Origin: a virus
Lineage: Duplodnaviria > Caudoviricetes
Virus record (IMG/VR): IMGVR_UViG_3300049732_000090
Location: 1-39,362 of that record
Direction: 5' to 3' (one strand)
DNA: 39,362 bases
This document shows, one piece after another, positions 9,306 to 17,031 of this stretch; the first letter of the stretch is position 1, and every line of letters begins with the position of its first letter. A program made the position numbers and the translations under genes. The notes under the pieces are model-generated. The model was not told the DNA's origin. It made no database searches and saw nothing but the letters and a program-made list of their open reading frames with translations.

Positions 9306-9316
9306 CGGCCTTTTTT
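9295..9316 (+). terminator. Intrinsic terminator inside the late operon
   Basis: GGCCGC-GTTA-GCGGCC followed by TTTTTT. Confidence 0.7.
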
Positions 9317-9332
9317 GTGGCGGTGAGAGGCC

Positions 9333-9743
9333 ATGGCAAATCCAGAGCTTGAAATCCAGGGCGCTGTGGTGGCGCGGCTGAAAGCCGATCCGGCGGTCAC
9401 TGCGCTGGTCAACGGGCGCATCTATGACTCGGTGCCGAGCAACGCGGCGTTTCCGTACATCTCGATCGGCCCGGTCGATTCGGTGGCCGATGATGCCGAC
9501 TGCATCACCGGGCTGATCGTCGCGCAGCAGATCGACTGCTGGTCGCGCGCGGTCGGCTATCCGGAAGTGAAGAAGATTGCCGACGCGGTGCGAGCCTCGC
9601 TGCACGACCAGGAGTCAGCGCTGCCGTTAGCCACCAATGCGCTGACCTTTTTCGAGCACCGCAATACCCGCATCACCCGTGATCCGGACGGCCTGACGAG
9701 TCACGGCATTTTGGGATTCGAGGCTGGCATTCAAAGGAGTTAA
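9333..9743 (+). CDS. Tail terminator / tail completion protein (DUF3168, GTA-like)
   Basis: ELEIQGAVVARLKAD..V.AL..GRIYD.VP....FPYISIG; IDCWSR..G..EVK.IA..V...LH; DPDGLTSHG. Confidence 0.85.
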   Translation: MANPELEIQGAVVARLKADPAVTALVNGRIYDSVPSNAAFPYISIGPVDSVADDADCITGLIVAQQIDCWSRAVGYPEVKKIADAVRASLHDQESALPLATNALTFFEHRNTRITRDPDGLTSHGILGFEAGIQRS

Positions 9744-9747
9744 ACCA

Positions 9748-10197
9748 ATGGCACAACCGACCGTAGCAAAGCAGGGGAAAATGGTCATTGAAATCGGCGA
9801 TGACGCCACGCCGCCGGTCTACGCGGCGCCGTGCGGCTTTACATCAAAGGGCGTCACCATCTCCAAGAACCTGCAGGAGATCAACATTCCCGACTGCGAC
9901 GACCCGGACGCGCCAGTGTGGGTCGGCCGTACCGTGCAGAGCCAGACTGCAACCATTACGGGGGAAGGCGTGGCGGCGGCTGAGTCGGTTCCCGACTGGG
10001 ATGACATTGCGATGTCGACCGACAGCGTACCGATGCGGGTGACGATTGAATTTGAAGGCGTCGGTACCAAGACCATCACCGGCAATTTCCACGTCGACTC
10101 GGAGGCATTCGCCGCCGAGGCCGGCGGCTATGTAACGCTCGCCATCAATGCAGTGTCGGACGGCGCTGTCACCGCGACCTGGGTGGCGACGCCATGA
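9748..10197 (+). CDS. Major tail tube protein
   Basis: AAGGAG RBS; IGD..TP..Y.APCG.TSK; IPDCDDPDAP.W; ITGEGV; SDG.VT..W. Confidence 0.85.
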   Translation: MAQPTVAKQGKMVIEIGDDATPPVYAAPCGFTSKGVTISKNLQEINIPDCDDPDAPVWVGRTVQSQTATITGEGVAAAESVPDWDDIAMSTDSVPMRVTIEFEGVGTKTITGNFHVDSEAFAAEAGGYVTLAINAVSDGAVTATWVATP

Positions 10198-10661
10198 TCG
10201 GTGACGGATCGGCAGTTCTGACTGCAGCCGGCCGTGACTGGTCGTTCAAGATTACGGTCGGCCAGTGGATGAAATTGCAGCAGAGCTTCGGTGGCGGGCC
10301 GCAGAAGATATCGGGGCGCTTTACCGAGGATTGGCAGATCGAGGACGTGCGCGAGGTGATCGAGCGAGGCCTGGAAGGTGGCGGGCTACCGGCCAATGAG
10401 GCGCGTGAGACGGCGACCGAGATCATGAACTGCCAGCCGCTCGATGCGAACTATAGGCTGGCCATGGACGTGCTTGGCGCGGCGTGGACCGGCCTCGATG
10501 AATATCTGAAAAAAAAAGCCGAAGTCGAACTGGCGACAATCGCCCTATCGAAAATCGGGACGGGCAATGGGACTTCGGCACTATCCTCGGCACAGGACTC
10601 CTTGTCGGTCTCCAACCGTCGCAAACAAAAGCCCTCAGCCTCATCGAGTATTTCGCCGTAA
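10194..10661 (+). CDS. Tail assembly chaperone G (GTA gp10-like)
   Basis: Follows the tail tube gene; W.IEDVREVI..GL.GGG motif; A9 run at 10509-10517. Confidence 0.8.
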   Translation: MIGDGSAVLTAAGRDWSFKITVGQWMKLQQSFGGGPQKISGRFTEDWQIEDVREVIERGLEGGGLPANEARETATEIMNCQPLDANYRLAMDVLGAAWTGLDEYLKKKAEVELATIALSKIGTGNGTSALSSAQDSLSVSNRRKQKPSASSSISP

Positions 10662-10831
10662 TCGATATGTGGACGAAGGCGCATGAGGGTAGCACGGCAA
10701 AAGGCGGCACCCTGAGCGAAGAGGAAAAGGAGGAAATATGGGACTGGATGCGGTCACGTCCAACAACGCCGCTGACGCTGGCAGAAGCGCGCAGGCAAAG
10801 AGGCAATGGTCACGGGCATAGACAAACTTAA
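10194..10831 (+). CDS. Tail assembly chaperone GT, made by -1 frameshift at about 10511-10517
   Basis: A-AAA-AAA heptamer; the -1 frame stays open to TAA 10829-10831 and reads ...WDFGTILGTGLLVGLQPSQTKALSLIEYFAVIDMWTKAHE...LSEEEKEEIWDWM..., which resembles a gpT domain. Confidence 0.8.
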
Positions 10832-11198
10832 GCTGCAGCTGGTGGACAAGATCCCGAAAGCCGTCCGCGCTGCACTGGAACAGGCCATGATGGAATCGGC
10901 TGACCGCATTGTCGCCGGCGCCCGACTGCGGGTGCCGGTGGAGACCGGCGAGGTGCGCGATTCGATCCGGCAGCATGGCGTTAGGGAAGGTAAGCGCGGC
11001 GGGCTGTATATCGCGATTACCGCTGGTGACCAGAGCACGCTGACCGACGAGACGGGCACGCGCTATCAGGTGGCGCGGCTGCTGGAGTTCGGCACCCAGA
11101 AAATGCAGGCCCAACCCTACCTTTTACCTTCTTTCAGAGCGAATCGACGGAGCGCACGCACAAAAATGCGTAAAGCAATCAAAGAAGCAGTGAGATGA
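10806..11198 (+). CDS. HK97 gp10-like neck/tail protein
   Basis: G.DKL..L; AR.RVPVETG..RDSI; ARLLEFGTQKM.AQPYL.P. Confidence 0.85.
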   Translation: MVTGIDKLKLQLVDKIPKAVRAALEQAMMESADRIVAGARLRVPVETGEVRDSIRQHGVREGKRGGLYIAITAGDQSTLTDETGTRYQVARLLEFGTQKMQAQPYLLPSFRANRRSARTKMRKAIKEAVR

Positions 11199-11199
11199 G

Positions 11200-11934
11200 T
11201 TAGGCATGGCTCTTCGGACGTTGATTGACTCGCTGAGTCCGATAGGTCGCCCAGCGGCAATTGTCTGGTTCGTATCCACGATCATTGTCCTTGCGATCTA
11301 TGGTCAGATCATCGCGATAACCGTTGGCGAAAGCCCAGTCTCGAAATGGCTCGAAGTCTTGCCATTCGGGGCAAACCTTGATGCCGCGTCCACCGTAGTA
11401 CTGCCAGGTATTGGTCTTCGGATTCGAGCAGCGAGTCTTCATTCCTGTCCAAATGCGATAGAGGCGTGGCGGGGCTTCACCGAAGGCCGTCAAGCCGTGT
11501 GTCGTAGCCTTCACGCGAAGCGTGTCGAGCTTCAGACATCCACACGACTTGGACGTTCCGTTTCTCAGCCGGGTTCCGGTCGCAGTGAACATAGTTCCGC
11601 AATCGCACCGGCAATCCCAAAAAGCTGTTCGCTTGCTATCCTTGCGTTGGGATCGACCAATCACTGTCAATCTGCTGAAGCGCTGACCGCTGGCGATATT
11701 GATCAGATTGCTCTTGCCGATCGCTCGCCTGAAACACCCGCACGACCTAGTGCCAGGCTTCATGCGGAGAGCATTGCCGGTAACGACTTTCTCATTCCCG
11801 CAATCGCAGATGCACAACCATGCTGGCTCCGATCGTTTGCCAGCCCAGCCATGTCTAGCAATAACTCGCAAATCACCGAAGCGACGACCCACCAGATCGT
11901 GGGTTCGGGCGCGATTGCTATCGGCTATCGACAT
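11200..11934 (-). CDS. Free-standing HNH-type homing endonuclease, antisense to the tail operon
   Basis: Two G.RF..L.V...W.C.CDCG...SCGC repeats; RLYRIW.GMK.RC.NP....YYGGRGIKVC.EW; LTIDR.DND.GY.P.NCRWAT. Confidence 0.82.
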   Translation of the reverse strand: MSIADSNRARTHDLVGRRFGDLRVIARHGWAGKRSEPAWLCICDCGNEKVVTGNALRMKPGTRSCGCFRRAIGKSNLINIASGQRFSRLTVIGRSQRKDSKRTAFWDCRCDCGTMFTATGTRLRNGTSKSCGCLKLDTLRVKATTHGLTAFGEAPPRLYRIWTGMKTRCSNPKTNTWQYYGGRGIKVCPEWQDFEPFRDWAFANGYRDDLTIDRKDNDRGYEPDNCRWATYRTQRVNQRPKSHA

Positions 11935-11985
11935 GCGGACAATGTATCAGACGGCATGTTGATAGTACAGCGGGAGGCATGATAG

Positions 11986-14520
11986 ATGGCCGCCGACGAC
12001 GCCGCCGTAACCGTCACGTTACGCGCCGCACTCAAGGACTACGAAGCGGGGCTGAAGGCGGCCGTTCGCGTGACCGAGAAAAATGCCGCCCAGATTGAAA
12101 AACTGCTGAAGGACATCGGTTCAAACGCGCGACCCAACTTTAAGCCGCTGAACGACAATTTCCAGAAGTCGGCAGGCCAGATCGCCAACGATGCGCGGAT
12201 CATGCAATTCCAGTTGAACGACATCTTTAGCGGCCTGGCTTCGGGTCAGGGCATCCGCGCGCTGCAGATGCAGCTGGGCCAGATCGCGCAGATACTGGGC
12301 GGCGGCGGCCTTGCCGCTGGCGCGCGCACGCTCGGCACAGCAATGCTCGGCATGATCAATCCGATCAACCTGGCGGTGGTGGCATTCGGCCTGGCGGCTG
12401 CGGCGGCGACCGATTACTTCTTCGGTAGCGAGGAAGGCGCCAAGGAAGCCGAGAAAGCGCAGAAGAAACTCAATGAAGAACTGAAGCGGCAGCAAACGCT
12501 GCTCAAGGAAGTGGTGACCGACTGGAAGGAGGCGCCGGCCGCACTCAGAGAGATCGTTGCAGCGCAGGAACGGCTGGAGCAACTGCGTAAAAGTCGGCAA
12601 GGCATCACCATCGGGCGCAAGGAACTGCTGGCGCCGATCACCGATGCGCTACGGAACGCCGAACCGCAGGTGCGGGATTTCTTCGAGCTGTTCGAAAGTC
12701 CGGTCATCTTTCCGCAATTCAGCAAAACGGTCAAAGAGGCAGGCCAGTCAATCGAGTTCATGATCAGCCAACTGGAATCGGGCGGCGGCAGCGTGGCTGA
12801 GATCCGAAAATTCCTGGACGACATGATCGGCGTTCTCAAACAGTTGCCTGGACCCTATGCCGCACAGCTCGCTGAACAACTGGAAAAAATCCGCACGACG
12901 CTGATCGGCGTGACGCCTCAGGTCAATGAACTCGATAAAGCGATGAACACGCTGGGCCAGGATTCCAGCCGTGTTCTGCAAGGCATGCTGCAGGGCTTTC
13001 AGAATCTGCTCGGGCCATTGGGGCCGCTGATTGGCGCAGTGCGGGAACTGGCGGGCGCATTGCCCGGCGACCTCGGCGGCACATTCATGCAGGGCGTCGT
13101 GCAGATGCCGGCTCAGTTCCGTGCAGCGGTCACGGCATCCGGCGATGCGGCGCGGGCGTTTCTCCAGACCAAGGCGGCGACTGACGCAATTGGCGCGAGC
13201 ATGGTCAATCTCACAGACGAGATGGCGATTGCGACAGCCAAGCTGTTCACCATGCTGCCGGAAACGGCACGCATCACCAGTGCGGTTCGCTCTCGTCAGC
13301 AGCAGGCCGAGGCTTATGCCCGATACAGGGCGGGTACCGGTGGTGTCGCGGCACCACCGGGTCGCAGCCGTCACGAAGTCGGTGCCGCTGTCGACATCGG
13401 CCAGGGCGTGTCGATGGAGACGCTGCGCGCCGCCGTGAAAATGGTTCCTGAACTCGAACAGCTCGATAGGGTGAGCGAAAGCCTCTATCAGCGCGACAAG
13501 GTTCACGTGCAGCTCAAAGGCACTGCTGCCAGAATAAACGAAGAGCAGGCACGGACGATCGAGCAGCAGGCTGACGCAACTGCACGGGCGCAGGAAAACC
13601 TGCAGAACTATCTGACATCGCTCGACGAGCAGGCATCACTGGCGACACGCATCAATGAGATCAACACTACCTCAACCCTGAATGCCGATCAGAAACGAGT
13701 CGCCATTGAAGTCGAGACGGAGCTGCAAAGGGCGCTCAACCAGGCGCGGCAGGACGGCATCACGCTGACCGATGCCGACATTGCCAAGATTCGCGAGAAG
13801 GCGGCTGCCAATGCACAGGCGGGCAATGAGGCTCTCGCCATTTCAGAACGACAGAAGTTGGCGGCAGACGCCGCCAGAAACGCCCAGGAATCTGCCATAA
13901 AGGCAGTTCAGAAGCAGGCGCAGGTATTGCAGCAGCTGCAGCAGACACTCGCTGGTATGGCGACTCAGGCCGTTGTCGGCTTCGTCCAGGATCTGAGAAA
14001 CGGCGTATCTGCCGCCGAGGCGCTTTACAACGTGGTGAGCCGGATTGCCGACCAGTTGCTGCAGATGGTGGTGCAGGCGGCAATGATGAAACTCTTCGGC
14101 AGCCTGCTGGGCGTTCCGGCAGTGCCTTTCGTTGGCGGCCCTGGCGGTCTGTACGCCTCCGGCGGCTATACCGGCGACCGGCCGACCGGTCAGGCGGCAG
14201 GCATCGTCCATGGCCAGGAATTCGTGGTTAACGCCAAGGCGACCAGACAGCACCGCGCCTTGCTCGAGGCGATCAACCGCGGCGCGCCGGGCTATTCCAG
14301 CGGCGGCTTTGTGCTGCCGAGACTGCCCGGCTATGCCCGCGGCGGTTTCGTGCAACCGCCGCCGGCGCAGCAGCAGTTCAACACCCGCACCACGGTGGTC
14401 AACACCTTCGACAGCGGCTCCTTCCTCTCGGAAGCCTTGAGCCGGCCTGACGGCGTTAACGTCATCCTCAATGCGGTGCGGGCGCAGCCGGGCGCCTTCC
14501 GCCAGGCGATGCAGGGCTGA
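11986..14520 (+). CDS. Tape measure protein with embedded M15-type peptidase domain
   Basis: GGGAGG RBS; QLNDIFSGLASGQ..ALQ.QLGQI N-terminal motif; long helical Ala/Gln-rich body; C-terminal YASGGYTG...AGIVHGQEFVVNA; internal ITSAVRS..QQ...APPGRSRHEVGAAVD...DKVHVQL. Confidence 0.9.
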   Translation: MAADDAAVTVTLRAALKDYEAGLKAAVRVTEKNAAQIEKLLKDIGSNARPNFKPLNDNFQKSAGQIANDARIMQFQLNDIFSGLASGQGIRALQMQLGQIAQILGGGGLAAGARTLGTAMLGMINPINLAVVAFGLAAAAATDYFFGSEEGAKEAEKAQKKLNEELKRQQTLLKEVVTDWKEAPAALREIVAAQERLEQLRKSRQGITIGRKELLAPITDALRNAEPQVRDFFELFESPVIFPQFSKTVKEAGQSIEFMISQLESGGGSVAEIRKFLDDMIGVLKQLPGPYAAQLAEQLEKIRTTLIGVTPQVNELDKAMNTLGQDSSRVLQGMLQGFQNLLGPLGPLIGAVRELAGALPGDLGGTFMQGVVQMPAQFRAAVTASGDAARAFLQTKAATDAIGASMVNLTDEMAIATAKLFTMLPETARITSAVRSRQQQAEAYARYRAGTGGVAAPPGRSRHEVGAAVDIGQGVSMETLRAAVKMVPELEQLDRVSESLYQRDKVHVQLKGTAARINEEQARTIEQQADATARAQENLQNYLTSLDEQASLATRINEINTTSTLNADQKRVAIEVETELQRALNQARQDGITLTDADIAKIREKAAANAQAGNEALAISERQKLAADAARNAQESAIKAVQKQAQVLQQLQQTLAGMATQAVVGFVQDLRNGVSAAEALYNVVSRIADQLLQMVVQAAMMKLFGSLLGVPAVPFVGGPGGLYASGGYTGDRPTGQAAGIVHGQEFVVNAKATRQHRALLEAINRGAPGYSSGGFVLPRLPGYARGGFVQPPPAQQQFNTRTTVVNTFDSGSFLSEALSRPDGVNVILNAVRAQPGAFRQAMQG

Positions 14521-14524
14521 TTGT

Positions 14525-15706
14525 TTGGCCACGCTGTTCCCGTTCGGGCCGTCCTTCAACCGGGCGCCCTATGACGTTACGCGCGAATACCGCACCGAGA
14601 TTCTGGTGTCACGGTCCGGCAAGGAACAGCGGCGCGCCATGCGGCAGACGCCGCGCAAGCGCATCGAATATCTTTCCGCGCTGTGCGACGACAACGTGCG
14701 GGCCTTCGATCGCGCCATGGTCAACGCGCAGCGCATCGAGCTTGCCATTCCCGAACGGGTGCGCTTCGTCGAGTTCGACGACGGCCTGCCGCCCGGCTTT
14801 TCGGCGCTGACCATCGATCCCGTCCCGAGCTGGATCTTTGAAGGTGCCACGCTGATCCTCGACAGCGGCTTCCGCACCGCCTTCCGCACCGTCGACGACA
14901 TCACCGGCACCACGGTCAGCTTCGAGGAATCCGACGCCACCGCATGGCCGGCGCCCACCCGCCTCTCCCCTTCCCTCACCGGCTATCTCGATCCTTCCAT
15001 TCCGGCGCCGCTGACCTCGCGCACCCATGGCGTCGTCGAGGCGTCGATCACCTTCCATGTCGATCCCGGCTCGGAGCCGGTCGAGGATCCCGGCACGGCT
15101 TCGGCCACGCTGGCCGGCCGCGAGGTCTTTTTAGTCACTCCCAACCGCTGGACCGAAATCGGTATCGACCGGGTGCAGGACGGCGCAGCAACAGTCGACT
15201 TCGGCTTCGGGCGGGTACGGCGGTTCTTCCCCATCGGCTTCTCGACCCGCATATGGGAGGCCAACTACACCGCCTGCGACTTCGAACATGCCGACCTGAT
15301 CCGCGCATTCTTCGATCGCATGCTCGGCCGCCAGCATGAGTTCTACATGCCGACCTGGCAGGCCGACATGATCCCAGTCGGCGGCATTGCTGGCACCACG
15401 CTCACTGTCGAAGGCACCGAGACCGACAGCGTCTATTCCGGCTCGACGGTGTGGAAAGCGGTGGCCATCCGCAAGACCGACGGCACCTGGCTGACCAGCC
15501 TGGTGACCGACATCGCGCCATCCGGCGGCAATTCGGTGCTGACGCTGGGTTCGTCCCTGACGGTGGCGGCAGACGATATCGACCAGGTATCGTGGCTGCC
15601 GCTGTGGCGGTTTTCCTCCGACACCATGACCCAGTCGTGGCCGATGGAGGACGTGGCCGAAATTAAACTTTCGATGCAGATGCTTGAAAATCTGGCGGTG
15701 GAGTAA
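14525..15706 (+). CDS. Distal tail / tail-tip protein
   Basis: Probable TTG start at 14525; EYRTEIL.SRSGKEQRRA.R.TPR; FFDRM.GR..EF.MPTW; directly after the tape measure gene. Confidence 0.75.
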   Translation: MATLFPFGPSFNRAPYDVTREYRTEILVSRSGKEQRRAMRQTPRKRIEYLSALCDDNVRAFDRAMVNAQRIELAIPERVRFVEFDDGLPPGFSALTIDPVPSWIFEGATLILDSGFRTAFRTVDDITGTTVSFEESDATAWPAPTRLSPSLTGYLDPSIPAPLTSRTHGVVEASITFHVDPGSEPVEDPGTASATLAGREVFLVTPNRWTEIGIDRVQDGAATVDFGFGRVRRFFPIGFSTRIWEANYTACDFEHADLIRAFFDRMLGRQHEFYMPTWQADMIPVGGIAGTTLTVEGTETDSVYSGSTVWKAVAIRKTDGTWLTSLVTDIAPSGGNSVLTLGSSLTVAADDIDQVSWLPLWRFSSDTMTQSWPMEDVAEIKLSMQMLENLAVE

Positions 15707-15714
15707 AGCCAACC

Positions 15715-16554
15715 ATGAGTTTCGCGCCGATCGAGGAAAGCCGGCAGAAAGGCCAGCCGGTGACGCTCTACCATTTCATCTATGACGTGACGCCGCTCAC
15801 CTATTTCGCCATTACCGATGCCGAGCAGGGAATCATCAGCGACAGCATCACCTACGAGCCGACGCCAGCGATGCGCGATGCCGTGGTCTCGTCCGGTTCG
15901 CTCGACCGCACGACGCTGGCGATTCGGATGCCGCGCGATGTCGAATTCTCGGAGAAGTTCCGCGTCTATCCGCCGACGCAACCGGTGACGCTGATCATTC
16001 GCCAGGGCCATCTGTCGGACACCGATCCGCCGGAATTCCTCGTCGTCTGGTCGGGCCGCGTGTTGTCGGTCGGCCGCGAGGGCGACGAGTGCATGGCTAC
16101 CTGCGAGCCGGTCTCTTCGTCGCTCAGGCGGCCGGGACTGCGCCGCAACTATCAGCTCGGCTGCCCGCATGTGCTTTACGGCGACGAGTGCAAGGCCAAC
16201 CGCGCCGCCTCGACGGTGGCCGGCACGGTGGCCTCGATCTCCGGTACCTCGGCCACGCTCAACGCCGGCTGGAACGGTTCCTTCGATCCGAGCAAATTCC
16301 GCGAGGGAATCCTCGAATGGATCAATGACGATGGTGGCACCGAAAAGCGCAAGATCCTTTCGGTCAGCGGCAACACGCTGGCGCTCGGCGGCCTCTTGCG
16401 CGATCTCGATCCCGGCGATGCGGTGAGCACGATCCTCGGCTGCAATCACCAGATGGACGACTGCCAGTTCCTGTTCAACAACATTTTGAACCACGGCGGC
16501 TGTCCGTGGATCCCGCTCAACAATCCGACCGGCTACCGCAACCAGTATTATTGA
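15715..16554 (+). CDS. Tail hub protein, DUF2163 / BR0599 family
   Basis: EES...GQPV.LY.F; RRNYQ.GC.HVLYG..C; GCNH...DC...FNN..N.GG.PWIP..NP. Confidence 0.85.
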   Translation: MSFAPIEESRQKGQPVTLYHFIYDVTPLTYFAITDAEQGIISDSITYEPTPAMRDAVVSSGSLDRTTLAIRMPRDVEFSEKFRVYPPTQPVTLIIRQGHLSDTDPPEFLVVWSGRVLSVGREGDECMATCEPVSSSLRRPGLRRNYQLGCPHVLYGDECKANRAASTVAGTVASISGTSATLNAGWNGSFDPSKFREGILEWINDDGGTEKRKILSVSGNTLALGGLLRDLDPGDAVSTILGCNHQMDDCQFLFNNILNHGGCPWIPLNNPTGYRNQYY

Positions 16555-16829
16555 TGAAAAAGATCCTCGATCTTCTCACCCGCTTCTGGCGCGACGAGCG
16601 CGGCGGCTGGTTCATCTGGCTGCTGGTGGCGATCGCCTTCCAGGTCATCGCCTTCCTGCTCAGGCCGAAGCCGAAGACCCAGAAACCGCCGGAAGCCCAG
16701 GATCTGGAAAACCCGGTCGCCGAGCGCGGCAAGCCGGTCCCGGTGGTGTTCGGAACCGTGATCGTGAAAGGTTTGAACGTCCTGTGGTACGGCGACAAAC
16801 AGAAACGGACCTTCCAGATCAATGCCTGA
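16554..16829 (+). CDS. Small tail-tip assembly protein with prepilin-like N-terminal extension
   Basis: Hydrophobic helix, then LLRPKPK...P.AE.G.PVPVVFGTV.V.G.NVLWYGD; leader MKKILDLLTRFWRDERG; ATG overlaps the upstream stop. Confidence 0.8.
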   Translation: MKKILDLLTRFWRDERGGWFIWLLVAIAFQVIAFLLRPKPKTQKPPEAQDLENPVAERGKPVPVVFGTVIVKGLNVLWYGDKQKRTFQINA

Positions 16830-17031
16830 CCGCGGCCAGAAAATCACCATCGACGACATCCGCAAGACCGGCCATTGCGTGGCCGGCGCGCGCGACTGGT
16901 TTTTTCGTCACGATCTCGATTTCAGGGACTTCATCAGGAACGGCATCGAGGAGGAAAAATTCCTGGCGTCCGGCGATGTGATCGCGGCGCAGATCGTGCA
17001 GGCGACACGGGACCGGCGCGGCAATGGGTAA
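16822..17031 (+). CDS. Small conserved tail-tip-associated protein
   Basis: IT.DDIR..GHC..GAR.WF..H.LD..DF...GI....L.SGD, typical of this tail-tip module. Confidence 0.8.
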   Translation: MPDRGQKITIDDIRKTGHCVAGARDWFFRHDLDFRDFIRNGIEEEKFLASGDVIAAQIVQATRDRRGNG

